A stretch of 64,000 nucleotides of DNA from an uncultured Ruminococcus sp. (GTDB taxonomy: Bacteria; Bacillota; Clostridia; Oscillospirales; Acutalibacteraceae): the NCBI GenBank assembly GCA_902785365.1, contig CACZYC010000002.1:5011-69010 (forward strand). Reading direction: 5' to 3'. Below the pieces are notes generated by a model that saw nothing but the letters and a program-made list of their open reading frames with translations, searched no databases and was not told where the DNA came from. Below, piece after piece: positions 41,559 through 51,108 of this stretch; position 1 is the first letter of the stretch, and each line of letters opens with the position of its first letter. The position numbers and the translations under genes are program-made.

Positions 41559-42547
41559 TACTTACCTATCGCGTTAGAAATTTCCGAAATCACATCACCG
41601 CTGACATAGTCCTTAGTCAGACGGATAGCATTTTTGAATGTCTTTGCTTTGGAACTGCCGTGAGCCTTAAATACAGGCTTAGCTGTGCCCATTATGGGAG
41701 CTCCGCCGACTTCGTTATAATCAAACTTTTTAGCCATAGCTTTTAAGTCGCCTACAACAAGTCCCGCGGCTATTTTGTTCTTGACACTCTTGGAGAACAG
41801 TTCTTTAATCATTTTAAACAGTGACTTGGCAACTCCCTCGTATGTTTTGAGAATCATATTGCCTGTAAAGCCGTCGCATACACATACATCACAAACGCCC
41901 TCGGGAAGCTCACGCGCTTCAACGTTACCAACAAAATTAAGGCTTGAGTTTTTCAAAAGCTCATATGTTTCATGCTGAAGCTCCATCCCCTTATGCTCTT
42001 CGGTTCCGACATTAGCAAGACCTACTCTGGGGTTGTTTACTTTCATAACCTTTTCCATGTATGTGGAAGCCATCAAGGCGTACTGGAACAGCATTTCAGC
42101 GCGGCACTCAAGATTGGCGCCCGCGTCAATAAGCATAAAATGACCATCATTAACATGAGGAAGCACAGGAGCAAACGCGGGACGTTTTATGCCCTTGATA
42201 CGCTTTACAATAAGAGTACCTCCAACGCAAATCGCGCCGCTGTTACCCGCGCTGACAATAGCCTCTCCTTTGCCCTCAGCCAAAAGCTTCAGTGCAACAG
42301 ACAGAGAACTGTCAGGCTTTTTCTTAAGCACAGCGTCAGCGTCCTCGTCGTTGGCAATTACCTCTGAAGCGTGCACGATTTCCATTTTGGAGATATCAAC
42401 ATTGTTATCCTCGGCGCACTTATTAATCTGAGCTTCATCGCCGACAAGAATGATATCAACGGAATATTCCTGCGCCGCTTCCGCAGAACCTTTTATAATC
42501 TCTAACGGAGCGTTGTCGCCGCCCATTGCGTCTACTATTATTTTCAT
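41558..42547 (-). CDS. plsX: Phosphate acyltransferase PlsX
   Basis: VDAMGGDNAP, SAGNSGA, RPA, DAGAN, DGFTGN, KAHGSS. Confidence 0.97.
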   Translation of the reverse strand: MKIIVDAMGGDNAPLEIIKGSAEAAQEYSVDIILVGDEAQINKCAEDNNVDISKMEIVHASEVIANDEDADAVLKKKPDSSLSVALKLLAEGKGEAIVSAGNSGAICVGGTLIVKRIKGIKRPAFAPVLPHVNDGHFMLIDAGANLECRAEMLFQYALMASTYMEKVMKVNNPRVGLANVGTEEHKGMELQHETYELLKNSSLNFVGNVEARELPEGVCDVCVCDGFTGNMILKTYEGVAKSLFKMIKELFSKSVKNKIAAGLVVGDLKAMAKKFDYNEVGGAPIMGTAKPVFKAHGSSKAKTFKNAIRLTKDYVSGDVISEISNAIGK

Positions 42548-43857
42548 AAACTCACGCTTTCTATATAATTCTTTAAATCTTCGAGAGCGCGGTCAGCATA
42601 AGCCTGTCCGCGTTCCTGTTTATTTCTCGGTCTGTTTATAAGTTCGGGCAAAATCCCAAAATTAGCGCCCATAGGCTGGAAATTCACGACAGTTGCGTCA
42701 GATATATAGGATGATAAACAACCTGTCATAGTTGTAGCGGGCAGAGATAAACTGTATTTCCCCTCAAATCTTCGAGCGGCGTTTATACCCGCGATTATCC
42801 CCGAGGACGCGCTTTCCATATAACCCTCAACACCTGTAATCTGTCCAGCGAAAAATATTTTGTTATTCTCCTTGGTGCTGAAATCTCTGTTTAAAATTTG
42901 AGGAGAATCCAAAAAAGTATTACGGTGCATTACGCCGTAGCGTACAAATTCAGCGTTTTTTAAGGCAGGAATCAAGCCAAAAACACGCTTTTGCTCGGGA
43001 AATTTAAGATTAGTCTGAAATCCTACAAGGTTAAACATTGTACCTGAGGAGTTCTCTTTGCGAAGCTGAAGCACAGCCCACGGGCGGTGCCCTGTTTTGG
43101 GGTCAGTCAATCCGACAGGCTTCATGGGACCGAAACGAATTGTATCATAACCGCGCTGAGCCATAACCTCAATCGGCATACACCCCTCATAAACTTTTGG
43201 GTCACGAACATCAAACTCATGAACGGGAGCCCTCTCGGCATTTATCAAAGCATCATAGAAAATATCGTACTCCGCTTTATTCATCGGGCAATTAAGGTAA
43301 TCGGTACCGTCTCCCTTGCCGTATCTTGACTCAAAGAAAGCATAATCCATATCAATGCTGTCAAGCGTTACGATCGGAGCAGCGGCATCATAAAAAGAAA
43401 GCGCTCTGCCAAAACGGGAATATATATTCTCGGCAAAATTATCTGAGGTCAAAGGTCCCGTCGCGATTATTGTTATTCCATCGTCCGGTATTTCGGTTAC
43501 CTCCTCGCTTACGAAAGTAACCTTATTATTATTTTTCAAAGTATCGGTAACATACTCAGAAAACAAGTCCCTGTCAACAGCAAGAGCTCCGCCCGCGGGA
43601 ACACGCGCTTTATCGGCAGCTTTCAGCAAAAGGGAATCAAAAAGACGCATTTCTGCTTTGAGCAGACCCGCCGCTGAATTTACTCTGTCGGCCTTGAAGG
43701 AATTGGAACACACAAGTTCCGCAAACAAGTCGGATTTGTGAGCAGGGCTTTTCTTTTGAGGCTTCATATCATAAAGCTTTACGTCAATACCGCGTTTGGC
43801 TATCTGATACGCCGCCTCACAGCCTGCCAGACCCGCTCCGATTACATTTATACTCAT
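42544..43857 (-). CDS. trmFO: Folate/FAD-dependent tRNA m5U54 methyltransferase
   Basis: GAGLAGCEAA, ELVCSNS, GPMKPVGL, GFQTNL, FAGQITGVEGY. Confidence 0.97.
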   Translation of the reverse strand: MSINVIGAGLAGCEAAYQIAKRGIDVKLYDMKPQKKSPAHKSDLFAELVCSNSFKADRVNSAAGLLKAEMRLFDSLLLKAADKARVPAGGALAVDRDLFSEYVTDTLKNNNKVTFVSEEVTEIPDDGITIIATGPLTSDNFAENIYSRFGRALSFYDAAAPIVTLDSIDMDYAFFESRYGKGDGTDYLNCPMNKAEYDIFYDALINAERAPVHEFDVRDPKVYEGCMPIEVMAQRGYDTIRFGPMKPVGLTDPKTGHRPWAVLQLRKENSSGTMFNLVGFQTNLKFPEQKRVFGLIPALKNAEFVRYGVMHRNTFLDSPQILNRDFSTKENNKIFFAGQITGVEGYMESASSGIIAGINAARRFEGKYSLSLPATTMTGCLSSYISDATVVNFQPMGANFGILPELINRPRNKQERGQAYADRALEDLKNYIESVSL

Positions 43858-45920
43858 TTCTTTTCGTATCCGCAGTCTTTGTTCTCGCAGAAAAGAATCT
43901 TCTTTTTACCCTTTTTCTTAAAGAGAGGTCCGCCGCACTGCGGGCACTTCTCATCAACGGGCTCATTCCAAGAAACAAAGTCACAATCAGGATAATTACT
44001 GCATCCGTAGAATACGGTCTTACGTTTGGTCTGTTTAATAATTACGTCTCCGTCGCCGCATTTAGGACATTTAACGCCGAGCTTCTGAACATATTTCTTT
44101 ACGTTCTTACATTCGGGATAACCAGGACAAGCGATAAACTTTCCGTACTTGCCGACTTTAATAACCATATTTCTGCCGCATTTTTCGCAAATAATATCGG
44201 TTTTGTCCTCTTCAAGCTGGATTTTAACGCCGTCCATATCGGTTTTTGCCTTAGCAAGCGTTTTTTCAAAATCTTGATAGAAATCATCAATCAAAGCTTT
44301 CCACTCTACCTCGCCGCTCTCAACTGTATCAAGGCTCTGTTCCATCTGAGCGGTAAACTTAAGATTTACAATTTTGGGGAAACGCTCTTTCATCAGCTTA
44401 ACCATAGCTTCCCCGAGCTCGGTAGGAATAAGGACTTTGCTCTCGCGCTTTACATATTCACGGCTTGTAATTGTGGAAATAGTAGCGGCATATGTGGAAG
44501 GTCTGCCGATACCGTTTTCTTCAAGAGTTTTAATAAGAGAAGCTTCTGTATATCTTGCGGGGGGCTGTGTGAAGTGCTGGTTGGGAACAATCTCTCTCTT
44601 GCGAACACTCATACCATTTTCAAGCGGCGGGAGTTCGAGAGATTTTTCTTCGGCTGTATCCTTGCTCTCGGTATAAAGCATAGTGAAGCCGTCAAAATCA
44701 ACCGTATAGCCAGAAGCCTTGAAAATATATCCGTTGCCCTCGATGTCAGCGCGTGTAGTCTTCTGAATACAATCTGACATCTGAGAAGCGACAAAACGCT
44801 TCCAGATAAGATTATAAAGCTTATATTGATCGGAAGTGAGGTTGTGTTTAATTTTATCGGGTTCAAGCGAAATCATAGTAGGTCTGATAGCTTCGTGACC
44901 GTCCTGAGCGTTTGAACGCGATTTGAAAAATCTGGGTTTTGCGGGAAGATATTCGTCGCCGAATTTACTAGCTATATGACTTGTAACTTCGGATATCGCC
45001 TGATTGGAAATACGAAGCGAATCTGTTCTCATATATGTAATAAGACCAGTCGCGCCAAGCTCGTCAATTTCGATACCTTCATAGAGTTCCTGAGCGACTT
45101 TCATAGTTCTTCTGGACTGGAAGCCGAGCTTACGGGAAGCTTCCTGCTGCAGAGTTGAGGTTATGAAAGGAGGCGCGGGAGACTTCTTGCGGGTGCCGTG
45201 CTTTACAGAGGTAACTGAATACTCAGCGTTTTCAAGCTCAGATAGAATCTTTTCAGCCTGTTCCTGATTCTTAATCTTCTCTTTGCCTAAATATAAAGTA
45301 GCCGGGAAAGATTTACGGGAACCCTTAGGTATAAACTTGGCGTCAATTGTCCAGTACTCTTCGGGGTTAAACGCTCTGATTTCCTCTTCTCTGTCTACAA
45401 TAATTCTTACAGCAACGGACTGAACACGTCCCGCAGACATACCGCGGCGAATTTTCTGGGAAACAAAGGGGCTGAGCTTATAACCAACAAGACGGTCGAG
45501 TACTCTTCTTGCCTGCTGAGCGTTAACAAGGTTCAGATTTATGCTTCTGGGAGATTCCATACCGTTTTTAACACCAGCTTTGGTAATCTCGTTGAACTCA
45601 ACACGATTTGCGTCGTTTAAATCAAGGTCAAGAATATACGCTAAATGCCAGGAAATAGCTTCTCCCTCGCGGTCGGGGTCAGTCGCTAAAAAGATTTTTT
45701 CAGAAACATCTGCCTGACTCTGAATATCTTTAACAAGACTTTCCTTGCCCTTTATTATGGTATAGTTAGGCTCGTAATTGTTCTTTATATCCACGCTTAA
45801 ACGAGCGTTGGGAAGATCACGAACGTGACCCATAGAAGCGACTACGTTGTAATCCTTGCCCAGATATTTTTTGATTGTTTTCGCCTTTGCGGGCGACTCC
45901 ACAATAACTAAGTTAGACAT
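43854..45920 (-). CDS. topA: DNA topoisomerase I
   Basis: IVESPAKAK, ATDPDREGE, ITYMRTDS, C-terminal zinc ribbons. Confidence 0.98.
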   Translation of the reverse strand: MSNLVIVESPAKAKTIKKYLGKDYNVVASMGHVRDLPNARLSVDIKNNYEPNYTIIKGKESLVKDIQSQADVSEKIFLATDPDREGEAISWHLAYILDLDLNDANRVEFNEITKAGVKNGMESPRSINLNLVNAQQARRVLDRLVGYKLSPFVSQKIRRGMSAGRVQSVAVRIIVDREEEIRAFNPEEYWTIDAKFIPKGSRKSFPATLYLGKEKIKNQEQAEKILSELENAEYSVTSVKHGTRKKSPAPPFITSTLQQEASRKLGFQSRRTMKVAQELYEGIEIDELGATGLITYMRTDSLRISNQAISEVTSHIASKFGDEYLPAKPRFFKSRSNAQDGHEAIRPTMISLEPDKIKHNLTSDQYKLYNLIWKRFVASQMSDCIQKTTRADIEGNGYIFKASGYTVDFDGFTMLYTESKDTAEEKSLELPPLENGMSVRKREIVPNQHFTQPPARYTEASLIKTLEENGIGRPSTYAATISTITSREYVKRESKVLIPTELGEAMVKLMKERFPKIVNLKFTAQMEQSLDTVESGEVEWKALIDDFYQDFEKTLAKAKTDMDGVKIQLEEDKTDIICEKCGRNMVIKVGKYGKFIACPGYPECKNVKKYVQKLGVKCPKCGDGDVIIKQTKRKTVFYGCSNYPDCDFVSWNEPVDEKCPQCGGPLFKKKGKKKILFCENKDCGYEKK

Positions 45921-45933
45921 AATTCCTCCAAAT

Positions 45934-47130
45934 TTATATAAGTATATAGCTTCTGCCCTGTACGCATTTAATTAATTTTTTGACCTCGAGAACAGTCAAA
46001 ACTGAAGAAATCTTAAATACAGGTAGATTAGTCTTTTCGGCAATTGTATCTATATGAACAGGCTCTATTCCAATTGAATAGTAGACCTTGCGTTCTTCGT
46101 CGGATAATTCAATGCCTTCTTTGTGAGTAGGAGCGTCGGACAAATCATTTGTCTTCAGCCCGTTTATATCCTTGGGAACTTTTCCCTTGACCGGAATAGC
46201 GTTGATAGTTTCGTCAATGTGTTTCAGTTCGGGGGAAATCTCCTCTGTAACATAGATATTATCAAAATCGTCGATTATATCTTTGTAATCGGTAACAAGC
46301 TTCGCCAAATTTTCTTTTACAAGCTTATTTGTACCGTAAAAATGCGGATCGGCCGGACCCGCCATAGCGAAAATCTTCTTGTTCGGATCCTGTTCCAAAG
46401 CGGAATTGACAGTAATAAGCGCTCCGCTCCTCTCTCCCGCTTCAACAACGAGAATACCGTTGGATAAAGCTGATATAATACGGTTGCGCTGCGGAAAATG
46501 GAATGGATAGGGCTCGGTATCGGGAGGATATTCAGAAATAACCGCTCCTCTGAAGGTGATATCACTGCGCATTTTAGCGTTTTCGCGCAGGTATTCGTAG
46601 TTGATACCGCAGCCAAGCACACAAATTGTAACTCCGTCAGCCGCCAACGCGCCGAGATGGGCGGAACAATCTATACCCAAAGCACCGCCGCTGACAACGG
46701 TTACACCGCATTTAGCCAGATTATAAGAAAAGCTGTGAGCAGCTCTTATGCCGTACATCGACGCCTTCCTTGTGCCTACAACGCCTATGGACAGTCTGTC
46801 ATCAATATCGGGTAACATCCCGGAAACATAGAGTACAGCAGGCGGGTCATCAATGTTATAAAGGCAACGGGGATAGTAAGGATTATCAAGCGTAATGATT
46901 TCATAACAGTGTTTGTTACATTTAGCGATAATGTCATCGGCGACAGTTAAGTCTACACTGCCGAGCTTATTGATTTCAGCGTTGGAAAACAAACCCGAAA
47001 GTCTCCACTCGGGTTCTTTGCCGTTATAAAACTCATCAATATTGCCGTACATTTCAAGGATTTGTTTAGCCTTTGGAGTGCAATACCCGATTGCCTCGGA
47101 AAACCAAATCCAATATCTAATATCCGTCAT
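45934..47130 (-). CDS. dprA: DNA-processing protein DprA
   Basis: VVGTR, VSGGALGID, SEYPP, FPQRNRIIS, SGALIT, C-terminal winged helix. Confidence 0.95.
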   Translation of the reverse strand: MTDIRYWIWFSEAIGYCTPKAKQILEMYGNIDEFYNGKEPEWRLSGLFSNAEINKLGSVDLTVADDIIAKCNKHCYEIITLDNPYYPRCLYNIDDPPAVLYVSGMLPDIDDRLSIGVVGTRKASMYGIRAAHSFSYNLAKCGVTVVSGGALGIDCSAHLGALAADGVTICVLGCGINYEYLRENAKMRSDITFRGAVISEYPPDTEPYPFHFPQRNRIISALSNGILVVEAGERSGALITVNSALEQDPNKKIFAMAGPADPHFYGTNKLVKENLAKLVTDYKDIIDDFDNIYVTEEISPELKHIDETINAIPVKGKVPKDINGLKTNDLSDAPTHKEGIELSDEERKVYYSIGIEPVHIDTIAEKTNLPVFKISSVLTVLEVKKLIKCVQGRSYILI

Positions 47131-47912
47131 TTAATCATTTCCCACATTATGATGCTCGCCGCTACAGAAGCGTTGAGGCTTTCCGCTCTACCTTTCATAG
47201 GGATGGTGACAGAACACGAGCAAGCGTCAATTGTCGACTGTTTCAGTCCGTTAGCCTCGTTACCGATAACAACGCAGATTGGTCCGTTTTTAAAATCAGC
47301 CTCGGTAATTTTTTTCGCATGAGAGTCAACAACAGCGGCAAAAGAATTAAGGTATTTGTTTTCGCTCAAAAATTCCGCTATTGTGTCAACAATAATATAT
47401 GACAGCCTGAAAACAGCTCCCATACTTCCTCTGACCACCTTTGGAGAATAGATATCACAGCAGTCCGCGGAAAGAATAACACCGTCAATACCGACAGCCT
47501 CGGCTGTCCTTAGAATTGTTCCGAGATTTGACGGGTCCTGAATATTATCAAGCGCCAATAATTTACCATTACATTTTATTGTATCAAATAGAGTGGGATT
47601 GTCAAGAGCTTTTATAACGCAAAGTACGCCCTGAGGATTCCTTGTATCGGATATTCTAGAAAATATTGAATCCGAAATCACATAGGAATTTTCAACTTTA
47701 TCCACAAGTTTTGATACAGTACTGCCGTAATGTTCAAAGGCGAAATCCGATACAACAAGCGAAATTATATCACAATTTGAGTAAAGCGCGTCCTCACAAA
47801 GGCGCGTTCCCTCGGCGATAAACTCGCCTTGCTCAGCCCGATATTTTGAACTTTTTATAAGCTTATTTATATGTTTGATTAACGGATTATCCTTAGCTGA
47901 AATTCTCTTCAT
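47127..47912 (-). CDS. TrmH/SpoU family RNA methyltransferase
   Basis: IQDPSNLGTILRTA, GNEANG, IPM.G.AESLNASVAA. Confidence 0.92.
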   Translation of the reverse strand: MKRISAKDNPLIKHINKLIKSSKYRAEQGEFIAEGTRLCEDALYSNCDIISLVVSDFAFEHYGSTVSKLVDKVENSYVISDSIFSRISDTRNPQGVLCVIKALDNPTLFDTIKCNGKLLALDNIQDPSNLGTILRTAEAVGIDGVILSADCCDIYSPKVVRGSMGAVFRLSYIIVDTIAEFLSENKYLNSFAAVVDSHAKKITEADFKNGPICVVIGNEANGLKQSTIDACSCSVTIPMKGRAESLNASVAASIIMWEMIK

Positions 47913-47948
47913 ATACACACCAAAACAATCTTACAATAAATAGCAAAA

Positions 47949-47972
47949 GCGTTTGGACGATAATCCAAACGC
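47949..47972 (-). terminator. Terminator after rplT
   Basis: gcgtttgga / tccaaacgc stem followed by TTTT on the minus strand. Confidence 0.7.
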
Positions 47973-47984
47973 AATTACGTTTTA

Positions 47985-48338
47985 TTATTTTGCGGCTTTA
48001 GCCTGCTCAACTAATGAAGTAAAAGCGGCGGGATCGGAAATAGCGATCTCGGAAAGCATTTTACGGTTGAGCGTAACACCTGCTTTTTTAAGACCATTCA
48101 TAAATGTAGAATAGTTCATACCGTTAGCCTTGCAAGCAGCAGAGATACGTGTAATCCAAAGACGACGGAAATCTCTCTTCTTCTGCTTACGGCCGATATA
48201 AGCGTAGTTACCGGACTTGTTAACGGCCTGTTTAGCCATTTTAAAATGTCTTGATTTAGAACCAAAATAGCCCTTCGCGAGCTTTAATACTTTTTTTCTT
48301 CTTTTGCGAGTAGCCATCGCGCCTTTAACTCGTGCCAT
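47985..48338 (-). CDS. rplT: 50S ribosomal protein L20
   Basis: MARVKG...[15 protein letters not shown]...[10 protein letters not shown]. Confidence 0.98.
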   Translation of the reverse strand: MARVKGAMATRKRRKKVLKLAKGYFGSKSRHFKMAKQAVNKSGNYAYIGRKQKKRDFRRLWITRISAACKANGMNYSTFMNGLKKAGVTLNRKMLSEIAISDPAAFTSLVEQAKAAK

Positions 48339-48370
48339 ATTTATTACCTCCGTTTAATTAGAAATCAATA

Positions 48371-48568
48371 TTATTTATAAGGAATCAGACGTTTAATCTG
48401 TGCCACATTGGTCTTATCGGCACAAACTGTTTTGCGAAGACCTCTCTTACGTTTTGTAGTCTTTTTGTTGAGTATGTGAGATTTGTTAGCGTGCGCGCGG
48501 ATAACCTTTCCGTTCTTTGAAAGCTTAAAGCGCTTTTTAGCTCCGCTGTGAGTTTTGATTTTAGGCAT
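48371..48568 (-). CDS. rpmI: 50S ribosomal protein L35
   Basis: [15 protein letters not shown]...HILNKK. Confidence 0.98.
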   Translation of the reverse strand: MPKIKTHSGAKKRFKLSKNGKVIRAHANKSHILNKKTTKRKRGLRKTVCADKTNVAQIKRLIPYK

Positions 48569-48592
48569 AATATTTATCCTCCTTAACTAAAA

Positions 48593-49117
48593 TTACTTAT
48601 TTGGCTTTGGTGAAAGAAACATAACCATATTGCGGCCTTCAAGCTTCGAGGGCTTAGCGACAGTCGCGTATTCCTCACAAGCCTCTGAAAAACGATTCAT
48701 TAAATCATAGCCAAACTCAGAGTGACCCATTTCACGTCCTCTGAAGCGAATTGAAACCTTAACTTTATCACCGTGATTCAAAAACTTGATAGCGTTGTTG
48801 AGCTTAGTGTTAAAATCGTGAGTATCAATATTGAGCGAAAGTCTGACTTCCTTAGTCTCAATAGTCTTTTGTTTTTTACGGGCTTCTTTTTCTTTTTTGG
48901 CTTTTTCAAACTTGTACTTGCCGTAATCCATAATCTTGCACACAGGCGGTTTAGCCTGAGGAGCAATCTTTACGAGATCAAGGTCTTCCTTAGCCGCTAA
49001 ATCAAGAGCCTGCTCCGATGACATAATGCCGAGCTGTTCGCCGCTCGCGCTGATAACTCGAAGTTCGCTGTCACGGATATCCTCATTGATTTGAACATTG
49101 TCCTGTTTCTTGCTGAT
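48593..49117 (-). CDS. infC: Translation initiation factor IF-3 (ATC start)
   Basis: INEDIR, LDLVKI, PPVCKIMDYGK, KVKVSIRFRGRE; SD GGAGGTG lies just before ATC AGC AAG at 49117. Confidence 0.95.
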   Translation of the reverse strand: MSKKQDNVQINEDIRDSELRVISASGEQLGIMSSEQALDLAAKEDLDLVKIAPQAKPPVCKIMDYGKYKFEKAKKEKEARKKQKTIETKEVRLSLNIDTHDFNTKLNNAIKFLNHGDKVKVSIRFRGREMGHSEFGYDLMNRFSEACEEYATVAKPSKLEGRNMVMFLSPKPNK

Positions 49118-49142
49118 AACAAAGCACCTCCATAATAAATGT

Positions 49143-49262
49143 AAAAAATAAATGCGGACAGAATATCCGTCCGCATAACAATACATAATAAACTTTGTTT
49201 AATGTATTGACCCGTGCAGACGACACCCCACAGGTGAAAGCATTACTGCCTTACTTTATTTT
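49143..49262 (-). promoter_or_regulatory. Putative L20 leader / attenuator of infC-rpmI-rplT
   Basis: GCTTTCACCTG...ACGGGTCAA element, then terminator ATGCGGAC / GTCCGCAT plus T-rich tail; the usual position of the Firmicutes L20 leader. Confidence 0.65.
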
Positions 49263-49271
49263 GCACAAATG

Positions 49272-49300
49272 ATTATATAACATTAATTAACGAATGTCAA
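49272..49300 (-). promoter_or_regulatory. Consensus SigA promoter of the infC operon
   Basis: TTGACA, 17-bp spacer, TATAAT. Confidence 0.8.
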
Positions 49301-49305
49301 GCCTT

Positions 49306-51099
49306 TTATTCAAGACATTTGTAAATTAAATCGGCTATTCTCTGTGAAGAATTACCGTCGAGCTTGTCGAAGAACATATCTCTGAACGGAGCAATCTTCT
49401 CGGACTCATAGTCTTCGTTCTTGATAGCTTCCATTAAAGTTACAAACGAATGACAAATCTTACCAGGGATATTGCTTTTGAAATCAAAATAGAAATCTCT
49501 TTCTTTTATATAGCCCTCAAGGTCATAAGCGTAGAACAGCATAGGAACATTGACAATAGAAGCCTCGAAAACAAGCGAAGAGTAGTCAGTGATAATCACA
49601 TCAGATACGAACAACAAGTCGTTAATCTCGGTATTATCGGACAGGTCAATAACTCTGTCTGCGTACTTCTCGGGAATTTCCTGCTTTTCCGTGATGAACG
49701 GATGGTGCTTTATAATAACGGCGTAATCGTCTCCGAGCTCGGAACAAACGTCGTTAATGTCAAACAAATCCATAGGATAATAAGCGGTCTCCTTAACGTC
49801 ACCTCTGAAAGTAGGCGCGAAAAGGATAATCTTCTTATCCTTAAAGCCGGGATATTTATTATAGAACTCATTTCTGAAATTCTGCTTGTATTCCTCATCA
49901 AAGAAAATGTCAGTTCTGGCAATACCAGTTGGGACAACGTTGTCGGTAGCGATACCAAAGCCCTCGGAATGACACTTTTTACAATACTTTGAGCTGACTG
50001 TAACATAGTCGTACGAACGATGCATTCGGGTGTTTTGAGGAGAACCCATAGGTTTGCCCAAACGCGAGAATCCAAAAGTCTTGAAAGCTCCGCAAGCGTG
50101 CCAGAGCTGAATAATCTTTGTTTCTTTCTTGAGGTTAATCAGATGAATCTGAGGTGTATACTCATCAAGTACAATAACTTTACTTGTAGCACAGGCTTCG
50201 GCGAATTCTTTGATCTGCTGTTTCGTCATAAACCTGAATGTATTTGTGTTGTACAAGAACTGTATATCGAGGTTCTTGTCATCCTTGAGCTTATTGTAAA
50301 CAAACTCAAAGTTACCGGAAAGCTCATTTCTTCTAGCCGAATAGAATGTAATTTTATTTTCCTTAATCGGGCGTTTTCTGAAACGTTTATACACGCTCTT
50401 TATCTTATGCCTCTTTAAGCGAACCATAGAGAAACTTTCACGGCAAACAGCTGACATTCTGCTCATTACAAAGGAAATAAGCCTTTCGAGTTTACCCTCC
50501 GTCTCAATCTTCGCGGGCATTTTGATATATCCCGTAAAAGTGAGAATTCCCATTATAATGTAAATTGGGATGAGCGGTATAGCTAAAACTATCGCAACAA
50601 TCTTGAGAAGTCTGTCAAAGAGCAAGACAAAATTCTCTTTCTTGTGATCCTTATGGATGATTTCAGAGTTAGTATTAAACTTAATACAATCATCGCGAAT
50701 TTCAAGAGAATAGAAGAAATTATCCTGGATGAACTCCTTGGGTGTATAATCGATATCCACAGCTTCCTCGTAAAAATTACCGTAGCTGAGATTGACATAC
50801 ATCTTGAAAGGCATGTTCGCCTTTCTGGTTTTCCAGAAAATATTATCCAGACTATAGGTGTATTCCGACTTAAACATCACCCTGCCGTCAACCTTAACGA
50901 TATCATCAAAAAGGATAACAACAGGAATTCGACGGTCTTCCTTCATATGTTTAAAGTGTAGAATAACTTTAGGTGTAGCTAAAGAATCGGCGGTTATTGA
51001 CGAATCAATAAACTCACCCGAAACCTTAATAGTCATATTTCGTTTTTCAATAACTACGCTTTCAAAACGCAATTTATACTGCAATTCCTTTTCCCCCAA
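49306..51099 (-). CDS. CDP-glycerol/CDP-ribitol phosphotransferase family (TagF/TarL-like) protein with N-terminal extension
   Basis: IQLWHACGAFKTFG, TGIARTD, LFAPTFRG, IIKHHPF, ITDYSSLVFE, FYAYD motifs. Confidence 0.88.
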   Translation of the reverse strand: MGEKELQYKLRFESVVIEKRNMTIKVSGEFIDSSITADSLATPKVILHFKHMKEDRRIPVVILFDDIVKVDGRVMFKSEYTYSLDNIFWKTRKANMPFKMYVNLSYGNFYEEAVDIDYTPKEFIQDNFFYSLEIRDDCIKFNTNSEIIHKDHKKENFVLLFDRLLKIVAIVLAIPLIPIYIIMGILTFTGYIKMPAKIETEGKLERLISFVMSRMSAVCRESFSMVRLKRHKIKSVYKRFRKRPIKENKITFYSARRNELSGNFEFVYNKLKDDKNLDIQFLYNTNTFRFMTKQQIKEFAEACATSKVIVLDEYTPQIHLINLKKETKIIQLWHACGAFKTFGFSRLGKPMGSPQNTRMHRSYDYVTVSSKYCKKCHSEGFGIATDNVVPTGIARTDIFFDEEYKQNFRNEFYNKYPGFKDKKIILFAPTFRGDVKETAYYPMDLFDINDVCSELGDDYAVIIKHHPFITEKQEIPEKYADRVIDLSDNTEINDLLFVSDVIITDYSSLVFEASIVNVPMLFYAYDLEGYIKERDFYFDFKSNIPGKICHSFVTLMEAIKNEDYESEKIAPFRDMFFDKLDGNSSQRIADLIYKCLE

Positions 51100-51108
51100 A
51101 TTACCTTC

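Noticed and set aside
44274-44777. 167-aa plus-strand ORF and similar ones over smc, mutS, mutL, ileS and leuS
   Set aside because: All lie antisense to, or out of frame within, well-supported genes
49118-49186. ORF-track N-terminal extension of infC (also tig, mutS, miaB, rbgA, spo0A)
   Set aside because: The extensions run through promoters, leaders or neighbouring genes; clear SD sequences mark the downstream starts
49450-49992. 180-aa plus-strand ORF inside the polyol operon
   Set aside because: Antisense shadow of the TagF-like gene; no independent signals
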